A stretch of 64,000 nucleotides of DNA from Takakia lepidozioides. Taxonomy: Eukaryota; Plantae; Bryophyta. The stretch covers positions 5,022,001 to 5,086,000 of the forward strand of contig CM060732.1 in the NCBI GenBank assembly GCA_030704615.1, in the 5' to 3' direction. Of the stretch, positions 23,843 through 34,409 are shown in pieces. The number at the start of each line of letters is the position of its first letter. Position 1 is the stretch's first letter. A program made the position numbers and the translations under genes. The notes beneath the pieces were generated by a model. The model searched no databases. It saw nothing but the letters and a program-made list of their open reading frames with translations, and was not told where the DNA came from.

Positions 23843-26800
23843 AGTGAAGACGAGCGCGACACACTGGTGGTATCATCGACAGCTCCAACTGCTCGAGCAG
23901 TCACTCCAAAAGCAGCTAGTGGGCAGCAGTCGTCAAAGGTAGTGCTTCGCATGTTTGGATCAGCCAACTTGGGGCGAGAAGACAAACATAATATTGCTTC
24001 TTTAGTTGGTATTCCGGAGGTTGGTGCAGGCGGCATGGCAGGTGAAGCCCGTCGGTTGAGGACACCAGATCCGTTATTGGAGGAAGCTCATGCACATGCA
24101 GTAGGGCCCGCCCACGCAAAGAAGAAGAAGAAAGCCAAGCAGATGCAATCCCCAGTGAGAGAGCATTCATAGGCTGCGGAGGGGGGAGGGACCAGGTCGT
24201 CCGAGGGTGTCCGATCGCCTCAATCAATGGTGGTTGATCTGGAGGCCTCCCCTGCTGCTACCCCTAGTAAGAAACAGAAGGCCCGTGAGAGGGCAAAAGA
24301 GAGGGCAAAAGAACAGGCGAGACACAAGGCTAGCCAGGAGGCAAGAGAAAAGGCCACTGATGAGGCCAGGGGTGACGACATGACACCTCTCGTAAGCGAG
24401 GGTCGCATAGAGAAGCTGGATCCCTCCAAGACACCAGAAAAAGGCAGTAGCGCACCGGCTGCATCCTTACCGGTGACACCATCGCGGGTGGCAGCAGCCC
24501 ACGCAGTCACCCATACGGTGGAGACTGGAGGAGGGGAAAGAACACCACAAAGAGCCCAGATTGTGGGAGTTCGAGGTGAAGCCGCGGAGAGGGCAGTAGA
24601 GACGGGGAGAGTGGTGGAGGTGCATCCGCTGGTGGTTGACCATGTTGAGGAGGACGACAGGGAGCTTTCTGACCAGTATGACATCCTCCCGGAAATCCCC
24701 AGGCCCCAAACCCGCAGCATACAGGCTAGATTTGGCGGTCCTGGTGGCCTGCCGGAGAACCCCTCTGCAACAGACGTCATGTCGGAGGCGGATATGAAGT
24801 TGGCCGTTGCCAAGATGTTGGAGGCAACCCACAGCAACATTGGCAGGGTGCTGGGGGGCATGGTGTACCCGGCCAAGCTTCGAATTCCCCTTTGCCACTT
24901 GGTGTCATTGCAGGTGGTGAGACCTGCCCTCCCAGGCGATATCGACAAGCTGGAATTCTCTTTCCGGGAGGGATATCGAATGGGGTCTGCCGCGTTTTAC
25001 GTTTCCATTGAGAATGACCATGGAGCTTCCCGTGCCCACACTTCCGATGAGGTGGACAAATGGGGTCCTCATTGGCAAAGGCGAAATGAGGAGTTCGAGA
25101 GATCGATTGCTACTGATCCTCTTTTCCAGCACTTGTCCGGAAAGATGTTTTACGTGTGGGACAGCAATCATCGCCTCCTGGCATGGATGGAGTACATAGC
25201 CGAAGCCCACCCCAACGACCTGGATTGGCATTTCGCCGTGGAGTGTGTTGTGCTGAAGGTTGCGGGGCCCAAAGATCGCAGTCTTCTCAAAGCTGCAATG
25301 GCGGACATCAACTCGTAAGTTACAACGCCTCTTGCTTTTGGACTTTCAATTTGTAAGTCATTTCATTGCGAATCCTCATATATGTTGCAAATTCCCATTT
25401 CAGTATTGTTTGATGGGAATGTGGCATTGCAGGGTGACTGAGAATGCCTTCATTGCCACCAACTTGTCCCATATGCTCTTCCGAGTGAAGGACGTCGGGA
25501 AGCAGGGGGTGCAAGAGTTTGCCAATTCGTTGAGTGCCGACCTCCTGTGCAAGTCGGAGGCAAAGGCAGACAGAACCTAGTATAGGCTAAGCGTGGACGC
25601 CATGGTGGACTACATATTTCGGGTAAAGCTCTTACTATTTTGTTGAGCTAATGTCTCTAGTCCCCCAAAAGAAAAAAAAGTGTTGACCGGGATTTCTAAT
25701 CTTATGTGCGCATTCTTGACAGACAAAAATTCAGCATGATTTGACACATGCGCGGAGGATCTACATGGAGTCAGAGGAGAAGAAACTAACCCTCCCGGCA
25801 CTGGAATCGTATCTCAAAGCTGCGGAGGCGAAGGCCCGCATAAAGTACAAGTCGCGGATGGTAAAGTACGTGGCCATAGCTGATCCCGCCCTTGGTGCCG
25901 ACTTTCTGGTGGAGGTGGGGAAGCACTACTCCCGCGCTCTGAAGCCCACGATGACATTGGAGAAGCTCCATCGTCTAGCCACATCCTGTGTGGATGCAAC
26001 AGAAAAGGTGATACATTCTTAACCAAATTGTTGTGGCAACAACTCGTTTTTGTGGTGTTTGGTGCTTACTAATATGCTGGGTGGTTGGACAGACCCGGTG
26101 GCTCCAAATCTGGAATGGTTCCCAAAGTACAAGGGACATGTGGAGCTTCCCTAAACCCGACAAACTGTCTGACCCCACATTCGACATGTGGATGAACCGC
26201 ATGACATGGTGGTTTCAGGTACTTCCCCACGCTTCATTTGGCGCTTCTACTCTTGTAGGGGGTGGATTTATTGTATTTTTTGAGGAAAGCGATCTGATGG
26301 AGAATCTCCACAGGTGACGACGAATGCGCAAGAGCAGCTGGACACACAAGCACATCAATTCAAGCTGGAGATATCTGGTGCAGCAAAGAGCCTACGCGAC
26401 TATGTGACGAGGTACTTTCTGCTGTACAAAACCGACCTATTCTTTCGGGAGATACCCCATGCCCGCCGAAGCCACGAGTTCACCGACCAGCCGAACGCTG
26501 ACAAAGCAGCAATGCGCCTTCTGTACAAGTACATATGCGATGCCTTCCTTTCAAGTCCTTACATTTCAGGATATTAGAGGCCTCATCTGGCGCATGAAAA
26601 TTACTTGTGAAGAAGTCCTTGGAAAAATGGCGCCGAATTTACAGTTAAGGGCTCCCAAAATGGCCAAGTCCCTAGGGTGGCTGGCACCGAAAACCGAAAT
26701 TCGGCGCCATTTTTCCAGTTGCAAGCCCAGTCAGTTCTGGGACTTAGCCATTTTTGGCCCGGAACTTGGAAAATGGCGCCGAATTTCAAGTTCAAGTCCC

Positions 26801-29739
26801 TAGGGTGGCTGGCACCGAAAACCGAAATTCGGCGCCATTTTTTCGGTTCCAGGCCGAGTCAGTTCTGGGACTTAGCCATTTTGGGAGCCCTGAACTTGAA
26901 TTTCGGCGCCATTTTCCAAATTCCAGGACCAAAATGGCCAACTCCCTAGGGTGGCTGGCACCGAAAACCAAAATTCGGCACCATTTTTCCAGTTGCAGGC
27001 CCAGTCAGTTCTGGGACAGCCATTTCCAGCCCGGACCTGGGAAAATGGCGCCGAATTTCCAGTTCAGGGCTCCCAAAATGGCTAAGTCCCTAGGGTGGCT
27101 GGCACCGAAAGCCGAAATTCGGCGCCATTTTTCCAGTTCCAGGCCCAGTCAATTCTGGGACTTAGCCATTTTCGGCCCGGACCTGGGAAAATGGCGCCGA
27201 ATTTCTAGTTCATGCTCCCAAAATGGCTAAGACCCTAGGGTGGCTGGCACCGAAAACTGAAATTTTGGCGCCATTTTTCCGGTTCCAGGCCGAGTCAGTT
27301 CCGCCCCAACCTGGGAAAATGGTGCCGAATTTCCAGTTCAGGGACCTCATTCTGTGTTTTTCATGAATGCAGGTACTGCAAGTTCTCCCTTTTGGAGAAA
27401 AGTCATCTATCCTTCAAGCCACCATTCTTCCTGGCATGGAGGAACCCTGGGGCTGACTCCATGTACACTGACGTTATTGTGAAGGAGTGGCATCTGGAAC
27501 ATTTGCGTGATTGCCCTTGGTATGTGGACCTTCCGCCCGGCTCGCTCGACCCATCCGAGTTTCAATTGAAGCTGGATGCTGAGGCCCGACGAAACCGGGT
27601 TCCGCTGCCTCTGCTCGGTCCAAAGGAGGCAAAAGCGCTTGCGAACTCCAGGAAAGCGGCAGAGCTTGCTCAGGCAGGAATTCAGGAGAAATTGAATGAG
27701 AAGAATAAAGGCCAAAAGAAAAGGACACGGAAACAGGGGAGTACAATAACCCCCAAAAAACAGAAAACCATCGGGGCACCGGAGGAGGCGCAGGAGGGGA
27801 CCCAAGGGAGTGACTCCGACGACGACTTTGTTCAAGGTCCTGCGACTGCTGCTGCTATTACCAAGTCACCGGTCGTCTGGGTTCCCAAGTCAGTTCGGAG
27901 TGGGACTGGCTCTGCCAAGAAGTTGGCATTTGAGGGCGAGCCTACACGGCGGTATTCGGCGGTGACGTTTACGCACAGGCCAAAGCTAGAACCCCCAACC
28001 ATCATCCAATGCGTCAATGAGAGCTTCCTTGACGCTCTGGCTGCCAGGGCGAAGAAGGTGGCACACAACAAGTCTCTGGAGGAGCAGAAGGGGAAAGCCA
28101 AGAAGAGGGCTGCCGGTACAGAGCCTAAAGACACCCCTGGTTTGGAAGCCATGATGGAATTCTTCACGGCTGTGAGCACGGATTGCAAGAGCACTCGGGG
28201 GGGGGGGGGGGGTTGAGGTGGAGAGAGCTTGCGATATGATTCTCCTCGACATTCCAGATGGGGAGCTGCTGGAGGGCCTAGATGGTGTGCCCACTTGGAA
28301 CGGGTTTACTGAGGACTACTGGAAAGCCGGGTTTGGGCTGGCGGGGATGCTCCTGGATGACGGTGGATGTGTGGTTGTCCTTGCCTCAAGAGGGAAGACC
28401 ACAGAGAATGTTGTGGCAAGATGGACACTGAAAAGTGTCACCCCGGTCCTCCTCAGAAAATGGTTCTACATCAATACACAGGGGTTGCGAACAGAGGGCC
28501 AAAGTGTAAGTTATCAATCTATTGCATTCACCTCATATTGTGGTGTATCTAAACTAGATCCCGGAGTTGATCCCTCTTTGTTGGATGTGCAGACATTGGT
28601 GTTTGAGGCATATTGCTTTGTGAAGAGAGGGTCTACGTTCAAATTCCGCAACGACGGTCGTCTTGTTGATGCCGATGTGGACCCTGTTACCTACGATGTC
28701 CTCTACAACTATGTGCCCCACTCCAGTATGCCGAAGGACACAAAGACAGGCAAACCGTGGCGGTACAGCCGGACCCGGAGCCCTGCTTTCATCCAAACCC
28801 TCATGGAGACGTGCTCGGATGTCCAAGGGCGGATTCTTGACCTCACATGCGGCACGGATAAGCCTTCACGTGCTCAGTTTGTCCCCTGGCCCGATTGCAA
28901 TTTGCATGCCGCAAGCTATTAACCGCCCGCTTTGTTCCTCAGGTGCTTCAATGTGGGCAGGGACGTTGTCCGACAGGCATGTGTTCGCCTTCGAGCCAGA
29001 TACTGCCCTCCACAACTCGGAACTTGCAGCGGCTGAACGTCTGCCAAAAGAGGAAGAGGCATCCTCGGAGGATGAGGAAAAATCCAAGAAGGAGCAGAGG
29101 GAGGAACAAGTTGGGATCGAGGCCGAGGAGCCCCCGGTTTACGAGTGAGTGGTCGCATTGTAAGTTGCCTCCTGATTTCGTGAGGCACCTCCCTTCGCTC
29201 TCTTATTTCATTGACAGACCCTTTCTGCTTGTGCTGGTATTGACATTCTTGAAGTGGATTTGTTCTTACTGTAGGATGCCAAGTACTGCAGGAGGGACGT
29301 CTACATCGGAGTTCATGGGCAGGAGGAACGTGCCTTTTTTTGGGGGGATTTCATGCCTAGTCCAGAAAGGGACTACATCCTTCCTACTTATGCTGCCCGG
29401 CTTGCTTCGGTGTCCATTAGGAGGTCTTCCGAACCTAGTCGTGTACAACAGATTTTAGACGAGGCAAGCCTCAAGAAAATGAAGATGAGGGAGGAGACGG
29501 CAGCTATTAGAGCCCGTCGGGCTCGTAGATTTGTCTTGGATTCTGCTGAGGAAAGTGGGGGAGAAGAGGCAGAAGATTCCCAGGAGGTGAGGTGGACAGT
29601 CCCCCAAGGAGAGGACGGAATTTTTGAGAGGCATAGTGCAACCGATGCATCACAGAGCTCGGAGGATGGGGGGGATGAGGAAGAAGGAGGGGCAAGTTCC
29701 TCGGAGGGTGTAGTAGAGAGGTTCCCATTCCTGCTTTGA
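23843..29739 (+). pseudogene. Spliced accessory gene: ParB/Sulfiredoxin-like domain, helical linker, beta-class N6A/N4C DNA methyltransferase-like domain, acidic tail
   Basis: Exons ~23843-25314, 25433-25622, 25723-26007, 26093-26218, 26314-26528, 27373-28505, 28593-28857, 28943-29144, 29275-29739 with phase-compatible GT-AG junctions (one donor mutated to AT). ParB-like VVR...IDKL..SF..GY...FYVWDSNHRLLAW. MTase-like DMILLDIPDG (motif IV), LLDDGGCVVV (VI), RSPAFIQTLMETCS..QGRILDLTCGT/GASMWAG...RHVFAFEPD (X-I-II). In-frame stops at 24170 and 25578; frameshifts near 28210 and 29345. Upstream exons (~23143-23328) are possible. Confidence 0.8.
26620..27340. repeat. Palindrome-motif array 3 (~11 copies, alternating orientation) inside intron 26529-27372
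   Basis: GGAAAATGGCGCCGAATTTC and GAAATTCGGCGCCATTTTTCC alternate in ~145-bp units with CCCTAGGGTGGCTGGCACCGAAA spacers. Confidence 0.92.
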
Positions 29740-29819
29740 CAGTTAGGACACACTTGTATAGACGTGGCTTGCCACCAAATTTGCAATAAAATGTTGCATT
29801 TCATTGCTATGACGAGTCC

Positions 29820-29930
29820 ACATGACCCTATTTCCGTGCCTCCTAACCCTATTTCCGTGGACACACAATGGCCCGCTCATGCTTTTTTTTTTCCACTCAT
29901 GCTCATGCCGCTCATGAAATAGCAGCCCCC
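29820..29930 (-). repeat. Right terminal sequence (TIR-like) of the MULE element
   Basis: Its reverse complement GGGGGCTGCTATTTCATGAGC...GTGTCCACGGAAATAGGGTTAGG matches 46137-46265. CATGAGC subterminal repeats. Confidence 0.75.
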
Positions 29931-31170
29931 CATAGAAGATTGCACTTGGGCTTAGATGGGCCTTGACATAGGAGACGCATAGGGATACATAGGAAATTGC
30001 TTTTGGTCTTAGATTTCAATTTTTCAATCATGGGTCAACGGCATAGGCTACACTAGAGGTCGCACTTGGTCCTCGACATATGAGTTGCACTGGGATACAT
30101 AGAAGATCTTATACTTGGGCTTAGATGACATTGGACACTTGGGCCAACGGCACAGGCTACCCTAGAGGTTGTATTTGGGCCTCAACATAGGAGACGCACT
30201 TGGATACATAGGAAATTGCACTTGATTTTAGATTTGAATTCTACACACATGGGCCAACGGCAAAGGCTACACTAGAGGTTGCACTTGGGCCTCGACTTAG
30301 GAGACGCACTGGGATACATAGGAAATTGCACTTGGTCTTAGATTTCAATTCTTCACACATGGGCCAAAGGTACAAGCTACCCTAGAGGTCGCATTTGGGC
30401 CTCGACACAGGAGACGCACTGGGATACATAGAAGATCTTACACTTGGGCTTAGATGATACTGGACACTTGGGCCAACCACACACTAGGCTATCCTAGAGG
30501 TCACATTTGAGCCTCGACATAGGGGACGCACTTGGATGAATATAAGGGGATTGCACTTGAAGCGAGACGTTTGTTTTGTTTTGTTTTGTTTGTTTTGTTT
30601 TGTAGTGTCGTTGAGATCTCCCAAACCGCAGGGCCCAGCGCGGGTGCTTGGTGCCATTGGAAAGCCCTCGATGAGGAGGGGTGCACCGGCATGGTATCAT
30701 GATTTTTGGACCAGCGGTGAGGGAGATGTGGAATTCCAAGTACTTTTGGTCGCTGGAAATTCACAAAAAATAGCAAAAATGGCAAAGTGGGCATTCTTGG
30801 GAAAGGTTGGAGCCTTGATGGGAGAGACAACAAGGGAGAGGTCTCCGGTTCAAATCTGGTCGTAGGCTATATGGAAAAAATAAATAAATAAATGATTAGA
30901 TATGGCTAAATCATTAGACTTAGATGACTTAGATGACAGTGGACACTTGGGCCAACGGCACAGGCTACCCTAGAGGTCGCACTTGGGCCTCATCTAGGAG
31001 ACGCACTAGGATACATATGAGATCTTGCACTTGGGCTTAGATGACACTGGGCATTTGGGCCAACGGCACAAGCTACCCTAAAGGTCGCATTTGAGCCTCA
31101 ACATAGGAGATACACTTGGATATATAGGGAATAGCACTTGGAGATATCAAGGGAAAGGTCTCCGGTTCAA
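29931..31170 (+). repeat. Tandem ~100-125 bp array resembling multimerised Helitron 3' ends, with an embedded non-autonomous element body (~30558-30900)
   Basis: Units contain ACACTTGGGCCAACGGCACAGGCTAC(A/C)CTAG (GC stem-loop followed by CTAG). A (GTTTT)n tract lies at ~30570. The Helitron assignment is by pattern only. Confidence 0.55.
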
Positions 31171-32789
31171 AGGTATATCTCAAGTGGATTAGATTGATAA
31201 CCCTATCGGTCATTGTAAGTTCTTCTAGTTGAGATCCAGAGGGTCTCAAATTTCAAAATTATGACATGATTCGACCCTGCAGGATCTCTTAAATCTCAAA
31301 TAAGTCCTAGAACCCACCTTCCCAAGTATGTAAAAAACTAAGAACTACCCAACACTCGTGGATACCTAGTCCATAGTGAGGGGTTGTTTTGTTTTGAGAA
31401 GGGCGGATATTCATATTGCCCTCATTTGAAGAGTGCAAGAAGGAAGAGGGAAGCGTGAGGGGAGAGGGGAGAGAAGGAGGGAGGGGAGAAGGGGAGAGAG
31501 GCAAAAAAAAAGAGCACATGTCATCCCACCTATGAAGACACATTTTGTGCTTGGATGAGGTTCGCCTTTCCTCACAAGGCACGACTTAAGTTAGGGTATG
31601 CAGCTCAAGAAATAACATGTAATGGAAAAGCAGGGACGGAGGTACCCGTAGATGATCAATTCAGTGTCACGAATGTCAAGCATCCAAGAGAAACAACACA
31701 TCCATAGAGCTGTAGAGCCACAAGTACACCAGACTGTACATATAAGAAGTGGATCCCCTTTACTCAAGGTGAGAGTGACCATATACCCAAACCCCAGGTT
31801 GAGATGAGCCACCACCTTAAACAGCTTACCATAGGTCAACCAAATTCCCTTGCATCCTGGCCCATTGATTAAAGGCTGGGATGAAGCCAGCTTCACCAAG
31901 GGTTAATTGCACACAGTATGTGACAAGCTAGCTATAATAGCTAACATCGTCTTCTACTAAATGCCGAGGATGAATCCTGACAGATACATAATAATAAAGC
32001 AGATTTTAAGGCTAGGGGATTATGGGGTATCAGATATGAGAAGACGTGCCCCCCTTTTGAAAACTTGAGCTCCTGCGAGGTAAAATACAAAGAAGTTGCC
32101 CCATCATGGTGTTCCTCATCGTTGCAGGATGAAAAACCACTCATGGGAAAACCCAGGGACACAAAACCCATGAGGAGGAATACCTATGCAATGAACAAGT
32201 TGGAACACCATGCTACACTAACTAGAATTCAGAAACACATGAATTCTAGAGAAGGATTGTGACTAAAAAGAAGACTAGAGGATCAGAAATTCAGCCAAGC
32301 CTACACCAAAATTCCAAAAGAATTCAGAAAACCAGATCCTCCTTCTAAGTCTAAAATACTACCTGAAGGATCAGAGTTATCCATTGCATGCGACTTCTGC
32401 GGAGTAAGCTCCACCATCCTGCCTTCCACATTAATACAAGTCACATCAAAGACCAATTCTGAATGGATCAGATGTAAGCGCCACCGGCTCCTCGTGAGTC
32501 TTAGTATTATGCCCCTGTGACAAGATCAATGCACGAGGTCGTCCCCGGATCATCTTGTACAACAAATAGGGGTCGTCGATCTTCATCTTGGACTTGCATG
32601 CATGCATGCCATGCTGAAGACGTAGGCACACAGCCTGACCTACCTGAAATTGATCTGTATACTAATTAACACGCTTGTTAAAATTCCTAGCCTGCATATC
32701 TTGAGCCAAGACAATGTTAGTTTTAGCCTCGGCATCAGCAACCTATCCAAGAAATTAGACAAATCCACATGTTCAGAAACAGTAGAAAT

Positions 32790-33480
32790 CAGTGGAGAAA
32801 CATGTAAAGGAGACACACAAGATTGCCCATAAAGTAATTCAATGGCGTCTTCCTTGTGCTAGCATGAAGAACAGTGTGATAAGCAAAGACCAGAGGAGGA
32901 AGAAGATGTCTCACTCCCTCGTGAGCGCACCATTCTTCTCCAACATTCAACATAAGGTTTGATTGAAATGCTCTGTCAAACCATTGGTTTGAGGGTGATA
33001 GGGGGCCGTGGTAAAACATGTTTTATGCCAAGGTTGAAGCATATCACGGTCAAGAGTTTATTGCAAAATTCTTTGCCTTGGTCAATAAGTATCTCAAGAT
33101 GACAACCATGCCGAAGCACAATCTCATCAAAGAAGAATTGAGCAACCGAGTCAGTGACCAAAAAGACGGACTTCTATCCACTTGGTCCAGTAGTCTGTAG
33201 CTACACAAAGATAGCTATGTTCCTTTGACCTGAGCGCGAGAGGTCCCACTAAGTCTAAACCAACACGGACAAAAGCATGTATCATAGGCAAAGATTGCAA
33301 TTCATAAGTTACCCCCACCCGAGGAAGCGCAAGGTTAGAACGACTTTCCTCACACTTGGAGATATAAGAGCCTATCACATCACATTGAATTCCCTTCCAG
33401 TAATACACTTCTTGAATGCGAGCAATGGTCTTCTTCATCCCAAGACGACCTGCATACAACAAACAACGTATCCAACTGGC
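32790..33480 (-). mobile_element. Highly degenerate Ty3/Gypsy integrase remnant
   Basis: YYWKGI, VGLDLVGPL, VATDYWTKWIEV and ILIDQGKEFCN in ORFs 33151-33843 and 32976-33161. Confidence 0.8.
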
Positions 33481-33928
33481 TCCGTGGTGGTACCTCCATG
33501 TAGCAATGACTCCATTTCTGGTACACTCCTTGAAGAGCTGCCCATTCATGTAGCGATGAATGTCAAGGTTATAAAACACTTGCATTCTCAAATTCTCATG
33601 AAGTCCTGCAAGTGAACGTCCATTCAGACATCGATGGAGTAGCGCATGCTGTTGATCATCCGAGGATGAATCCTGACATGTACATAGATAACTAGGGCTG
33701 ATTTCTCTTTGTTTGTATCTGCCTATTATGTAGCGTATCAGCCAGCCACACAAGTACCAGTGCATTACGCAGGTGTGTAATGCACCGTGCATTACACACT
33801 TGCGTAATGCACATCTGCGATATTTCTTTATCTTTACCTCCAAGATCTTTTCTCACAGGAAGCTACTAGCGGGGAGAAAGCCTAAAAGAAAGATGAAAAG
33901 ATAAAGAAATCATCCCATTTCTTTACGC

Positions 33929-34042
33929 AGGGTAATGCCCCTCGTGTGGGGCACTCCCGGATTTTCGGGCCTTCCCATCGAGCTACCGCCCTCGGCGTCA
34001 GCCCTTAAATCCGGGAATGCCCTCCACTCATGGCATTACCCT
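33929..34042. mobile_element. 114-bp fold-back MITE-like element
   Basis: Terminal inverted repeat AGGGTAATGCC/GGCATTACCCT. The stem continues via GGGCACTCCCGGATTT/AAATCCGGGAATGCCC. Confidence 0.6.
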
Positions 34043-34409
34043 ATACATACTGATAAGGCAGACCATGAGGCTATGAGGCTAGGGGATTATCGGGCATCAC
34101 AGGATGGACGAGAAATATAATATACTTCATCCTCCTTATGGGCAACATCATCCAAGAATCATCCAACAGGGCAGTGACAGATGCCAGGCCAGAGCTGCGA
34201 GCGATGACGATGACGGAGCGCGTGCTCTTGGCGCACCACGTCTGTCCCAGCGATCGATAAAGAGCTTCCAGTCTGGGAAGAACTAGGAAGATTTCTCTGG
34301 AGAGCATGCAGAGTCGCCAAGAGGTAGCAGGTATAGTGTGTGGGGGGGAGGAGAGCTTTAGATGCGAGATGAGTAAGGGCTGAAGAGCAGACAAAGAGGG
34401 AGCTTCACT

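Larger units (their letters stand above)
16100..29930. mobile_element. Large Mutator-like (MULE) DNA transposon with divergent transposase and ParB-methyltransferase accessory gene; left end undefined
   Basis: Transposase 16738-20300 (-), accessory gene 23843-29739 (+), shared palindrome arrays throughout the non-coding parts. Right terminus ...GCTCATGAAATAGCAGCCCCC (29930) is homologous to the terminus at 46137. Confidence 0.8.

Noticed and set aside
23843-29739. Bacterial or phage contamination as the source of the ParB/MTase sequence
   Set aside because: The gene has multiple spliceosomal introns and is contiguous with plant TEs.
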